Positions 1-9,009 of a DNA stretch of 64,000 nucleotides are shown here, piece after piece. Source of the stretch: an uncultured Planctomycetota bacterium (GTDB taxonomy: Bacteria > Planctomycetota > PLA2 > JAEUHO01). Location: NCBI GenBank assembly GCA_963752285.1, contig CAVVXN010000001.1, positions 544,001 to 608,000 on the forward strand, given 5' to 3'. A program made the translations under genes and the position numbers. A model generated the notes under the pieces. It was not told the DNA's origin and ran no database searches. It saw only the letters and a program-made list of their open reading frames with translations. Within the stretch, counting starts at the first letter, position 1, and every line of letters begins with the position of its first letter.

Positions 1-162
1 CAGGACGTGATGACCTTCGTCCACGAGGGGAAGGACCCCCTCGGGAAGGTGCTCGGCCAGCACCGGCTCGCGAGCCAGGTCCCCACGTTCTGGCCGGAGG
101 TCGCCGCCCGGGGGTTCGCCGCCTCCCTCGTCCATCTGAAGGACGCGTACGCGGCCGCGTAA
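1..162 (+). CDS. 3' end of a hypothetical protein (partial, runs off window start)
   Basis: Frame 1 is open from base 1 (QDVMTFVHEGKDPLGKVLGQ...DAYAAA) to TAA at 160-162, with high-GC3 codon usage, and is followed by a hairpin. Confidence 0.6.
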   Translation, partial: QDVMTFVHEGKDPLGKVLGQHRLASQVPTFWPEVAARGFAASLVHLKDAYAAA

Positions 163-169
163 GTCGTGG

Positions 170-196
170 CCCGCCCGTTTCCAACGGGCGGGGTTT
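170..196 (+). terminator. Putative intrinsic terminator
   Basis: Perfect 10-bp stem CCCGCCCGTT-tcc-AACGGGCGGG followed by GTTT, 8 nt after the upstream stop. The U-tract is short. Confidence 0.5.
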
Positions 197-244
197 GGGT
201 CGAAGGTCCCGAGACGGGTGGGGTGGCCATCGGCTCGGGGTTCG

Positions 245-273
245 TTGATTCTGACTCGCGGGATCCGTACGAT
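245..273 (+). promoter_or_regulatory. Putative sigma70-type promoter for the Tad locus
   Basis: TTGATT (245-250), 17-nt spacer, TACGAT (268-273), lying between the terminator and the first pilin gene. Confidence 0.4.
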
Positions 274-378
274 CCCGCCCCCCCGCGGTCCCTCGGGGTG
301 GGGCGCCGCGGGTCTTGGATGGTGGTCTCTCGCGGCCGGCTGGCACGAGCTCGGCGGCCGGGATGGGAGGAGTTCGGG

Positions 379-594
379 ATGGCGAAGCGGAGGTCGGTGG
401 CCGGGGTCGTGGGGCGGCTCGGACGGGCCCTCCACGGGCTCCACGCCGACGAGCGGGCGACCTCGGACGTGGAGTACATCCTCCTCACGGCCATGGTGGT
501 CCTCCCGCTCTTCGCCGTCCCTCCGCTCATCATGTCCGCGAACGTGGATTTCTTCGACCGGGTCGAGCCTTGGGTCGACCTCCCCTTCCCCTGA
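379..594 (+). CDS. Flp-like pilin 1 (71 aa)
   Basis: GGAGG RBS then ATG. Basic leader ...LHADERA|TSDVEYILL followed by a hydrophobic helix; E+5/Y+6 Flp motif; first gene of the Tad locus. Confidence 0.75.
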   Translation: MAKRRSVAGVVGRLGRALHGLHADERATSDVEYILLTAMVVLPLFAVPPLIMSANVDFFDRVEPWVDLPFP

Positions 595-629
595 TCCGTC
601 CGGGTGGGGGCGACACTCTAGGAGAACGC

Positions 630-863
630 ATGCTGACGAGGCAGAAGGTGGTGGACGCGCTGGAGCGCCTCCACCGAGACGAGCAGGGCGACGAGGGCGT
701 CAACAAGATCCTGATCATCGCGATGATCGTGATCCCCCTCGTGATCGTCCTGATCGCGTTCGGCGGGACGATCAAGGAATTCTTCGTCAAGGCCTGGGAA
801 GACCTGACCGGACACAGCGTGGGCGAGGCGACGTTCGGCTCCGGCGGCGGCACGGGTCCCTAA
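630..863 (+). CDS. Flp-like pilin 2 (77 aa, non-canonical)
   Basis: AGGAG RBS. ...LHRDEQG|DEGVNKILIIAMIVIPLVIVLIAFGGTIKEFF has typical Flp size and layout but lacks E+5. Confidence 0.7.
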   Translation: MLTRQKVVDALERLHRDEQGDEGVNKILIIAMIVIPLVIVLIAFGGTIKEFFVKAWEDLTGHSVGEATFGSGGGTGP

Positions 864-941
864 CGGCCGCTCGCGGGGCGGGCCGGGGGACCGGGAACGG
901 CTCCCCGGTCTCCCGACGCCATCGACTTCGGGAAGGCCTCC

Positions 942-1481
942 ATGGACGCCGGACTGCTGACCTTCGACCTCCCGCTCCTCGCGGTGGCGACCGCCGCCGC
1001 CGTGACGGACGTCCGGGAGGGAAAGGTCTACAACCGGCTCACCTACCCGGCGGTCCTGCTGGCCTTCGGCCTCCACGCCCTGGTCCGGCCGCCGGGTCTC
1101 GGACTCGGCGGGGCCGCGGAAGGCTTCCTCGTGGGTTTCGTCCCCATGTTCGTCGCCTACGCCGCGGGCGGCCTCGGCGGGGGCGACGTGAAGCTGATGA
1201 CCGCCGTGGGCACGTTCCTCGGGCCGTTGCTCGCGGTGTACGCGCTGCTCTACACCTTCCTGTCCGGAGCGGTCCTCTGCCTCATGCTGATCGTCTACCA
1301 GGAAGGCCCCGCCGGCCTCGGGCGACGCCTGCGCCACCTCGGCGCGGGTGAGGACGGGACCGGGCGCCTCGCGCTCCGGTTCCCCTTCGCCGCGGCGGTG
1401 TGGCTCGGGGTGGTCTGGGTCCTGGTCGAGCGGTACGTGGGGGCGAGCCTCGCCGACGTGCTCCTGAGGTCGGTGTCGTGA
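942..1481 (+). CDS. cpaA: Prepilin peptidase, A24 family (TadV/CpaA-like)
   Basis: TDVREGKVYN and GGGDVKL carry the two catalytic Asp motifs; polytopic membrane protein next to pilins. Confidence 0.9.
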   Translation: MDAGLLTFDLPLLAVATAAAVTDVREGKVYNRLTYPAVLLAFGLHALVRPPGLGLGGAAEGFLVGFVPMFVAYAAGGLGGGDVKLMTAVGTFLGPLLAVYALLYTFLSGAVLCLMLIVYQEGPAGLGRRLRHLGAGEDGTGRLALRFPFAAAVWLGVVWVLVERYVGASLADVLLRSVS

Positions 1482-2320
1482 CGCTCGCCGCCTCCCCGGT
1501 CGCCGGCCTCGGACCCGTGCTCGCGTCCGGGCTCGCCCGGCCGCTGCCCAGCGGGTTCTGGTGGTGCGTCGCGGGCCTGGTCGCCTGCGGGGGGGCCGGG
1601 CTCCTCGCCTTCTCGATCCTGCTCCGCCGCGTGCGCCTCGCGCGCGTGAGACGCCTCGCCGCCAGCGAGGACGGGACGACGATCGTCGAGTTCCCGTTCG
1701 CGATGCTCACGCTCGTCCTGATGACCACCCTCACGTGGCAGCTCGGGTTCATGGCGAGCGCGTACCTCGTCGTGGACTACGCGGCCTACGCGGCCGTTCG
1801 GGCGGCCATCGTCCAGATCCCGCCCAAGCGGAGCAACGACGAGCCGGCGAACAAGATCAAGGACATCTCGTTCAAGGGCTCCGACAAGGGCAGCGACATC
1901 GAGGACGCGGCGATCTTCGTGTGCTACCCGATCTCCGGGACGTACACGAACGCGGCGGCGGGCTCCGCGCAGATCCCCATCCTCGACGAGGTGAAGAAGG
2001 TGCCCGGCTGGGACACGGTCGCGAAGGCCTTGGGCCCGCTCACGTTCGCCCTGCGGTACGTGTACGCGATGGAGAACACGAGCGCGCGGCTCGTGGTGGA
2101 CGGCCAGGACTCCGGCGCGAAGGAGTTCTCCGCCGGCGATCTCCTGACCGTGCAGGTCGTCCACCAGTTCAGTCTGCGCGTACCGATCGCGGAGCGGCTG
2201 TTCGGGAAGCTCAGCTTCCCCGCGGGCTACACGACCGCCCTCGAGGCCAAGGCCTCGATGCTCTTCGAGGGCGCGAACGAGCAGGTGCCCGCCGACGCGC
2301 CCTCGGGGGCCCAGCCGTGA
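1478..2320 (+). CDS. TadE-like pseudopilin
   Basis: GTGA overlap with cpaA stop. SEDG|TTIVEFPF class III signal, TM helix, then VVDYAAYAAVRAA, typical of TadE. Confidence 0.8.
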   Translation: MTLAASPVAGLGPVLASGLARPLPSGFWWCVAGLVACGGAGLLAFSILLRRVRLARVRRLAASEDGTTIVEFPFAMLTLVLMTTLTWQLGFMASAYLVVDYAAYAAVRAAIVQIPPKRSNDEPANKIKDISFKGSDKGSDIEDAAIFVCYPISGTYTNAAAGSAQIPILDEVKKVPGWDTVAKALGPLTFALRYVYAMENTSARLVVDGQDSGAKEFSAGDLLTVQVVHQFSLRVPIAERLFGKLSFPAGYTTALEAKASMLFEGANEQVPADAPSGAQP

Positions 2321-3963
2321 CGCCCGGCTTCGACCCCTTCGACCGCTTGGACGGACCGCGCGACGCGCGCCCGGACCCGGACGCGGCGCTGCCGGCGCAC
2401 GCCGCGGGGGAGCGGGGCGGGCTCGTCGGCCTCCACCGGGACCGGCGGGCGCAGATCCTGCCCCTCGTCTTCTTCATGGGGATCGCGTTCTTCACGAGCG
2501 TCGTCCTCGTGCTGAACACCGGTCGGACCACGGTCCGGCGCATCCGCGCGCAGAACGCCGTAGACGCGGCCGTGGTGTCGGGCGCGAACGCCGTCGCGCG
2601 CGGCATGAACTACGTGGCGTCCAACAACATCTCGATCTCGAAGCTGCTCGCGACGGTCGTGATCCTCCGTGCGTTCGGGCCCGCGATCGACGACGCGAAC
2701 GCCACGCTCGACGTCTGGCAGGCGATCGGCGAGGCGCTGGAGGACATGGCCGCCGTGCCCTACGTGGGGCCCGCGCTGGCGGCTGCGGGCGCCGCCATCC
2801 TGGTCAAGGTCGAGATCGAACGGGCCATCCTCGAGGTCCTCGAGCCGATCGTGGACGGGCTGAAGGACGTGTGGGACGGGGACAACGAGAGCGGGGTCGC
2901 CTGGATCCTCATCCGCGCCCTCCACTACCTGGGCGTCGGCACGGTGTACGCCACGCCCGTCCTCGCCCAGTGGACGACCGTCAGCGTCTACAACAAGAAC
3001 GTCTCGCCGGAGAGCGGCGCCGCGTGGATGCTGCCGCTGTACCCGAACCTGCCCGCCTGCGAGGGCAAGTTCGCCGACTTCTACGACTGGACGAAACACT
3101 GGGTCGAGGAGATGGCCGACCCGATCTACATCGCGGGCTGGGCCCTCCTCACCCTCTCGATGTTCCCGCTCTGGTACAAGGCCCACCTCACGTCCGAGCT
3201 GAACCAACTCTTCACCGGGACGGGAACGGACACGAACGTGGACGACCCCGACACGAAGAAGATGCAGGAGCTGAACAAGGAGCTCGACAAGAAGAACGCC
3301 GAGCTGACCCAGCTCGAGAACGAGCGCGTGAAGCTCCAGGGGGAGCTGGACGACCTGAAGAAGCGCAAGGCCGATGGCGAGAAGGGTCTCGACGACGACA
3401 TCCAGAAGAAGCAGCAGGAGGTGACCGCGAAGGAGGGCGAGATCGAGAAGAAGCGCGACGAGATCAAGGACATCCAGGACCAGATCCAGGAGATCAACGA
3501 CCGCCGGACCCAGCAGGGCGGAAAGCCCCCCGACGACTTCAACGGCGACCTGGGCGGCATGCAGGGGTCGGCGCAGGACCGGGACTGGCCCCACCCGTGG
3601 CTCCTCGACGGCTCGAAGTACCCCGACTCCTTCTCGTACGTCGGGATCGGCTGGCGCACGCTCGGCACCCCGCTCGTCCCCGTCAAGTTCCAGAACCTGA
3701 TCTCGCAGGGTTTCACGTACGCCGCCGCACGCGTCTACAACAGCACGCAGGCCGACCTGTGGACCGCGGACTGGCGCGCGCGACTCGTCAAGGTGGACGC
3801 CAACATGCTGTCGAACCCGATCGGCACGCTCCCCCACAAGTGCGGGGAGCAGGGCGGCAGCGGAGGATCCGAGATCTCCCAGAACGGGCCCGACGGCCAG
3901 CCCGACGCGAACGGGCTCGCCGACCAGCTGAACACCTTCCTCGGCTTCCTGAACAAGCACTGA
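2317..3963 (+). CDS. TadG-like Tad-domain minor pilin with internal coiled coil
   Basis: GTGA overlap. DRRA|QILPLVFF-TM-...RAQNAVDAAVVSGA Tad N-terminal motif; K/E/Q-rich heptads at about 3250-3515; C-terminal DLWTADWRARL. Confidence 0.75.
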   Translation: MTPGFDPFDRLDGPRDARPDPDAALPAHAAGERGGLVGLHRDRRAQILPLVFFMGIAFFTSVVLVLNTGRTTVRRIRAQNAVDAAVVSGANAVARGMNYVASNNISISKLLATVVILRAFGPAIDDANATLDVWQAIGEALEDMAAVPYVGPALAAAGAAILVKVEIERAILEVLEPIVDGLKDVWDGDNESGVAWILIRALHYLGVGTVYATPVLAQWTTVSVYNKNVSPESGAAWMLPLYPNLPACEGKFADFYDWTKHWVEEMADPIYIAGWALLTLSMFPLWYKAHLTSELNQLFTGTGTDTNVDDPDTKKMQELNKELDKKNAELTQLENERVKLQGELDDLKKRKADGEKGLDDDIQKKQQEVTAKEGEIEKKRDEIKDIQDQIQEINDRRTQQGGKPPDDFNGDLGGMQGSAQDRDWPHPWLLDGSKYPDSFSYVGIGWRTLGTPLVPVKFQNLISQGFTYAAARVYNSTQADLWTADWRARLVKVDANMLSNPIGTLPHKCGEQGGSGGSEISQNGPDGQPDANGLADQLNTFLGFLNKH

Positions 3964-4580
3964 TGCGGACGACCCGACCCACGCCCCCGACCCCCCGGCG
4001 CACGAGGCGCGGCCGCGACCGCGGCTCGGCCACGGTCGAGATCATGCTCTCCGTGCCCTTCCTCGTGGTCTTCTCGCTCTTCGCGTTCGACTTCGCCCGG
4101 GGCTACCTCTCGGCGCAGCGCGGCCTCCGCGCGGCGCGGCAGGTCGCGTGGATGTACTCGCGACACCTCGACGACTCGAGCAAGCCCGACGTGCCGAACG
4201 ACCAGACGCTCCTCGCCACGCACTTCGACGGCAAGGGCGGCGCCGTGACGCACGCCACGTCCACGGAGCAGGAGAAGCTGCCCGGCCCCCTGTCGTTCCT
4301 GTCCGACGTCGGAGACGCGCTCAGCGACATCATGAACGTCTTCGACAACGACAGCCGTCTCGGCTCGTACTTCTCGTTCATGACGGGCAACATCGAGATG
4401 GAGAAGGGGACCGTGACGCAGGGCGTGACGGGCCTCTGGCGCTTCGCGCAGGGCACGACGATGACCCAGAACCACTGGGTCGCGCTCCGCTCCTGGCGCG
4501 AGGAGGATCCCGGCCGCCACGTCGGCTGGTGGGACCCGTTCGTCGCGATCGTGGACGCCATCACCCCCAAGTCGGACTGA
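3963..4580 (+). CDS. TadE/TadF-like pseudopilin
   Basis: TGATG overlap. RDRG|SATVEIMLSVPFLVVF...AARQVAW. Confidence 0.75.
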   Translation: MRTTRPTPPTPRRTRRGRDRGSATVEIMLSVPFLVVFSLFAFDFARGYLSAQRGLRAARQVAWMYSRHLDDSSKPDVPNDQTLLATHFDGKGGAVTHATSTEQEKLPGPLSFLSDVGDALSDIMNVFDNDSRLGSYFSFMTGNIEMEKGTVTQGVTGLWRFAQGTTMTQNHWVALRSWREEDPGRHVGWWDPFVAIVDAITPKSD

Positions 4581-4596
4581 GAGGGAGCCGAGCCCG

Positions 4597-5511
4597 ATGA
4601 CCGTGCCGTGGATCCCGCCGCCGGGGACGAAGCCGCGACCGGGGAACGTCGTGCTCATGGCGCTGACGGGCGCGCTCTTCGCCGCGGGCGCCGTGATGAT
4701 GGCGGGCTGGCTCAGGGACCGCGGCACGGCCCTCGACGCCGCGCCCCCGCCGCCGCCGCCCCAGGCGCGGTCCGTCGTAACGCGCCTCGACCCGAGGGTC
4801 GAAGCCTTCCTCGGCGGCGGCGTCTCGTGGGGGCCGGAAAAGCGCGACTGGTTCGGGCCGAGCCCCGCCGTGCTCGTGAGCGGCCACGCGGAGGCGTCGC
4901 CCCGCGAGGTCTTCCGCGCGATGGTGGGAGAGCCCCTCGACGACGAGGCCGTCCAGGCCGCGATCCGGAAGGGCCCGTCCGCGGCCGTGGCCCTCCGGAG
5001 CCAGCTCACGATCGGCGTGATGCCCCAGGGGGCGTTCCTCCTGCGTCTCGCGCCCGATCTCGACGCGGCGCGTCACGGGCGCCTGGCCACGGAGCCCGGC
5101 GCCGTCACGCTCGCGTTCCCGGCCGCGAGCGGCTGGGACTACGTGACGTGGGTGTTCCCACGCGGCCTCTCGCTCGACGGCCTGCCGGACGCCTACCGGG
5201 CCCCGCCGCGCGCGCTCGACGACCTCGGCGCCGCGGCGGTCGCGCGACTCGAGCCGGTGTTCCAGGTGAACGCCGGCGTGGGCGGCGGGCCGCGTACGGT
5301 CCTGTGCCGCGCCCGCGGGCGCGCGGGGGACGCGGTCTCCGAGGTGGCCGGCGCCCTGATCGGGACCGGGTGGACCTCGCGGTACGGAGAGGAGCACCAC
5401 GAGGGCGGCCTCGTGCGCGTGCTCGAGGACGGCCGCCGCCAGGTGTGGCTCGCGGCGGCGGACGAGGACCAGGACGGGGGCCTCGTGAGCGTGGTCGTGG
5501 GATCTCTCTAG
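4597..5511 (+). CDS. Hypothetical membrane-anchored protein in the Tad locus
   Basis: GAGGGAG RBS; single N-terminal TM followed by a Pro-rich linker; tightly packed between the pseudopilin and cpaB. Confidence 0.65.
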   Translation: MTVPWIPPPGTKPRPGNVVLMALTGALFAAGAVMMAGWLRDRGTALDAAPPPPPPQARSVVTRLDPRVEAFLGGGVSWGPEKRDWFGPSPAVLVSGHAEASPREVFRAMVGEPLDDEAVQAAIRKGPSAAVALRSQLTIGVMPQGAFLLRLAPDLDAARHGRLATEPGAVTLAFPAASGWDYVTWVFPRGLSLDGLPDAYRAPPRALDDLGAAAVARLEPVFQVNAGVGGGPRTVLCRARGRAGDAVSEVAGALIGTGWTSRYGEEHHEGGLVRVLEDGRRQVWLAAADEDQDGGLVSVVVGSL

Positions 5512-5525
5512 GACGGAGCGCTTCG

Positions 5526-6224
5526 ATGAAATCGAACAAGACGATCGTGATCGCCATCGTGCTGGGCGTGATCGCGGTGTACCTCGTGAACTCGCACGTG
5601 AGCGAACTCGAGACGAAGGCCGCCGAGCCGAAGGTGACCTTCTTCCAGGCCGCCGCCGACATCGCGCCCGGGCGCCTCGTGAAGGAGGCGCTGAAGCAGA
5701 AGCTGCTCGTCCCCTTGCGGGAGATCCCCGTCTCGTTCGCGAAGCACTACCCGCAGGCGATCGACGGGGACGAGTACTCGCAGTGGGCGGACAGCCAGAT
5801 CGTCCGGGCGATCCCCGCCGGCGAGTTCCTGCGCCTGTACCACGTGCAGGGCTCGAACGCGATGGAGCTCGCACGCATGATCCCGGCGGGCCAGACGACC
5901 GTCACGATCGCCGCGTCCCAGGAGACGGCGGTGGGATTCCTCGCCGCCCCGGGCGACCTGGTGGACGTGTACTACACGGTCCTCAAGAAGGACCCCACGA
6001 AGCCCGGCGGACAGGACGCCGAGGTCGTGCCGGTGGCCGAGAACATGACGATCTTCGCCGTGGACGACTACTACGGCACGAAGGCGGAGCTCGTCCGGCC
6101 GCGCGGCCAGGCGTACTCGTCCATCACCCTCGTGGGTCCCCGACCGGAGATCGACAAGGTGAGGGGCGCCACCCGTCTCGGGAAGCTCACCCTGGCCCTT
6201 CCCTCCCAGGCCCCCGCGCAGTGA
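5526..6224 (+). CDS. cpaB: Flp pilus assembly protein CpaB/RcpC
   Basis: N-terminal TM, SAF-like AAADIAPG...RAIPAGE segment, and GFLAPGDLVDV-type RcpC motif (GFLAAPGDLVDV). Confidence 0.8.
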   Translation: MKSNKTIVIAIVLGVIAVYLVNSHVSELETKAAEPKVTFFQAAADIAPGRLVKEALKQKLLVPLREIPVSFAKHYPQAIDGDEYSQWADSQIVRAIPAGEFLRLYHVQGSNAMELARMIPAGQTTVTIAASQETAVGFLAAPGDLVDVYYTVLKKDPTKPGGQDAEVVPVAENMTIFAVDDYYGTKAELVRPRGQAYSSITLVGPRPEIDKVRGATRLGKLTLALPSQAPAQ

Positions 6225-6267
6225 GCGCGTAGGCGACCTGGGCCGTCCGAGGAAGGAGGCTTCGCAC

Positions 6268-8142
6268 ATGGGCTTCGCGCTCCGCGTGTTCGACGGCGAG
6301 CGACAGACCGTCCGGGTCCAGCAGATCGACGCGACGAGCGTCAAGATCGGCCGCACGGAGGCATGCGACATCGTCCTCGCGAGTCCGTACGTGTCGCGCG
6401 AGCAGGCGGTCATCCGCGCGCTCGACGGCCGGTACGTCTTCGAGTCCGTGGGGCGCAACCCGAGCTTCGTGAACGGCAAGGAGATCCACTCGGGGCAGAC
6501 CGTCGAGGTCGAGCCCGACGACGAGATCCGGATCGCGGAGTTCTCGATCTACATCGAGGGGGCGAAGCGGCGGAAGGAAGACGAGTTCGACGTCGCGGGC
6601 GCGCTCGCCGCGATCGAGCTCGGGCTGCACTCGCGCCTCCTCGAGAGCGTGGATCTGCGCGAGCTCGGTCGGAGCGGCGTCTCGGAGGACACGAACCCGA
6701 AGCTCCGTCTCGCGCTGGAGGACCTGGTCCGCGCCGCCGTGCCGGAACAGGGCGGCGGGATGGCGCCGGAGGTGCTGGCGCACGCGCTCCGGGAGTGCCT
6801 GTACAGCGAGATCGTGCAGGAGGTCCTGGCCCGCGCGGCGGGGCCGGGGGGGGCCGACCAGACCGGCGGCTTCGCGGGAAAGCTCGACGCGATGCTCTCG
6901 ACGGTCGTGAACTCCTTCTGCAAGCGCCTCGAGATCGAGGGCACGAAGAAGTCGGTCCGGCAGGACCTGCGCCGCGTGGACCAGGGGTTCTCCGCCGTCT
7001 TCGACGCGTTCGTGGGCGGCGCGGCCCCGGAGCTCAAGACGCTCATCGTCCGCCGCTTCCTCACGCGCGAGATCATGAACCTCGTGTGCGGGTTCGGTCC
7101 CCTCCAGGACCTGCTCGAGCTCCCCAACACGAGCGAGATCATGGTGGTCCACAAGGACCTCATCTACATCGAGCGCGAGGGCGTCCTCGAGCGGCTCCAC
7201 CGCACGTTCATCACCGACGAGATCCTCGTCAGCGTGATTCAGCGCATCGTCGAGCCCCTCGGGCGTCGGATCGACCGCTCCACGCCGCTCGTGGACGCGC
7301 GCCTCCCCGACGGCTCCCGCGTGAACGCGGTGATTCCGCCGCTCGCCGTGAAGGGCCCCTGCCTCACGATCCGGCGGTTCTCGAAGACCCCGCTCACCGC
7401 CGCCGACCTCGTCCGCTTCGGGTCGCTGACCGAGCCGGCCGTCGAGTTCCTGAAGGCCTGCGTGCACGGGCGCAAGAACATGATCATCTCCGGGGGCACC
7501 GGTTCCGGCAAGACGACGCTCCTCAACGTCCTCTCGGCCTTCATCCCCGAGGACGAGCGGATCGTGACCATCGAGGACTCCGCCGAGCTGCAGCTCCGGC
7601 AGGCCCACGTCGTGACGCTCGAGACGCGGCCGCCGAACGTGGAGGGCAAGGGCGCGTACACGATCCGCGACCTGGTCCGCAACGCGCTGCGCATGCGGCC
7701 CGACCGCGTGATCGTCGGTGAGTGCCGCGGCGGCGAGTCGCTCGACATGCTCCAGGCCATGAACACGGGGCACGACGGTTCGCTCACGACCCTCCACGCG
7801 AACTCCCCCGAGGACGCCATGCTGCGCCTCGAGACGATGGTGCTGGAGGCCGTGGACCTCCCCGTCCGGGCGATCCGCAGCCAGATCGAGGCCGCCGTGC
7901 ACGTGATCGTGCAGGCGTCGCGGCTGGCGTCCGGGAAGCGCATGGTCACCCACATCTCCGAGGTGGTCGGCATGGACCCGGAGGACGGTCGCATCCTCAC
8001 GAACGACATCTTCGAGGAGCGGGACGGCCAGCTCCTGCAGAGCGGCTACCTGCCCACGTTCGTCGGGGACCTCGTGGACAAGGGGTACATCGATCCGGGC
8101 GTGCTCTTCGCCGCGTCCGTGGAAGAGGAGGCCTCCGCATGA
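6268..8142 (+). CDS. cpaF: FHA-domain-fused TadA/CpaF secretion ATPase
   Basis: N-terminal FHA (IGR...VSREQA...RNPSFVNG). Walker A GGTGSGKT, TIEDSAEL, LRMRPDRVIVGECRG, AMNTGHDGSLTTLHANS. Confidence 0.93.
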   Translation: MGFALRVFDGERQTVRVQQIDATSVKIGRTEACDIVLASPYVSREQAVIRALDGRYVFESVGRNPSFVNGKEIHSGQTVEVEPDDEIRIAEFSIYIEGAKRRKEDEFDVAGALAAIELGLHSRLLESVDLRELGRSGVSEDTNPKLRLALEDLVRAAVPEQGGGMAPEVLAHALRECLYSEIVQEVLARAAGPGGADQTGGFAGKLDAMLSTVVNSFCKRLEIEGTKKSVRQDLRRVDQGFSAVFDAFVGGAAPELKTLIVRRFLTREIMNLVCGFGPLQDLLELPNTSEIMVVHKDLIYIEREGVLERLHRTFITDEILVSVIQRIVEPLGRRIDRSTPLVDARLPDGSRVNAVIPPLAVKGPCLTIRRFSKTPLTAADLVRFGSLTEPAVEFLKACVHGRKNMIISGGTGSGKTTLLNVLSAFIPEDERIVTIEDSAELQLRQAHVVTLETRPPNVEGKGAYTIRDLVRNALRMRPDRVIVGECRGGESLDMLQAMNTGHDGSLTTLHANSPEDAMLRLETMVLEAVDLPVRAIRSQIEAAVHVIVQASRLASGKRMVTHISEVVGMDPEDGRILTNDIFEERDGQLLQSGYLPTFVGDLVDKGYIDPGVLFAASVEEEASA

Positions 8143-8993
8143 GCCTACTGGCGGTCGCCCAGGACATGCTCCCGACCGATGTCGTCGTGTTCCTCGCGGC
8201 GGCGGCGATCGTGTTCGCCGTGAGCGGTCGCATCGGGACCTGGATGGAGCGACGCAGGGCGCGCGCGCTCTCTCTCCAGCTCCAGCTGCGGCAGGAGGGC
8301 GGGGTCGGCTTCCAGGTGTACGGCCCTCCGGTCATCGCGCTCTTCATCTTCGCCGTCACGGTCGCCATGGGGCTCTCGATCCTCGGGCTGATCGTGGCGT
8401 TCGCGGTGTTCAAGGCGCTCGACGCGCTGCCCAAGATGCTCGCGAAGCGGAGACACCGCCGGTTCGACGAGCAGCTCCCGGACGCGCTCACGGCCCTCGC
8501 GAACAGCCTGAAGGCCGGGCTCTCGCTGCCGCAGGCGGTGGCGCTCGTGGCGCGCGACATGCCGTCCCCGACCCGCGAGGAGTTCGCGGAGATCCAGCGG
8601 TCCTACGAGATGGGGAAGCCCATCGAGCAGGCCGTGGACGACGCCCGCGACCGGGTGCGCAGCCGCAACTTCGAGCTCGCCGTGACCGCCTTCCGCGTCG
8701 GGAAGGAGCGGGGCGGCAACCTCGCGGACGTGTTCGAGAAGATCTCCGACTCCATCCGCGAGATCTGGCGACTCGAGGAGCACATCCGTACCGTCTCGAC
8801 GCAGGGCCGTTCGAGCGCGCGCTTCATGACGTTCATGCCGGGCGTGTTCCTGGTCCTGCTCTACTTCATGGACTCCGAGTCCACGCTCCTGATGTTCAAG
8901 GACCCCGTCGGGCTGGTGATCCTGAGCATCGTGCTGGTTTTCAACCTGATCGGCCACCTCTGGATCCGGAAGATCCTGAGCGTGGACATCTGA
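8139..8993 (+). CDS. tadB: TadB (T2SS F family) inner-membrane platform protein
   Basis: ATGA overlap. FDEQLPDAL...SLKAGLSL...GGNLADVF...QGRSSARF. Confidence 0.88.
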   Translation: MSLLAVAQDMLPTDVVVFLAAAAIVFAVSGRIGTWMERRRARALSLQLQLRQEGGVGFQVYGPPVIALFIFAVTVAMGLSILGLIVAFAVFKALDALPKMLAKRRHRRFDEQLPDALTALANSLKAGLSLPQAVALVARDMPSPTREEFAEIQRSYEMGKPIEQAVDDARDRVRSRNFELAVTAFRVGKERGGNLADVFEKISDSIREIWRLEEHIRTVSTQGRSSARFMTFMPGVFLVLLYFMDSESTLLMFKDPVGLVILSIVLVFNLIGHLWIRKILSVDI

Positions 8994-9009
8994 GGGGAGG
9001 AGGAAGGCC

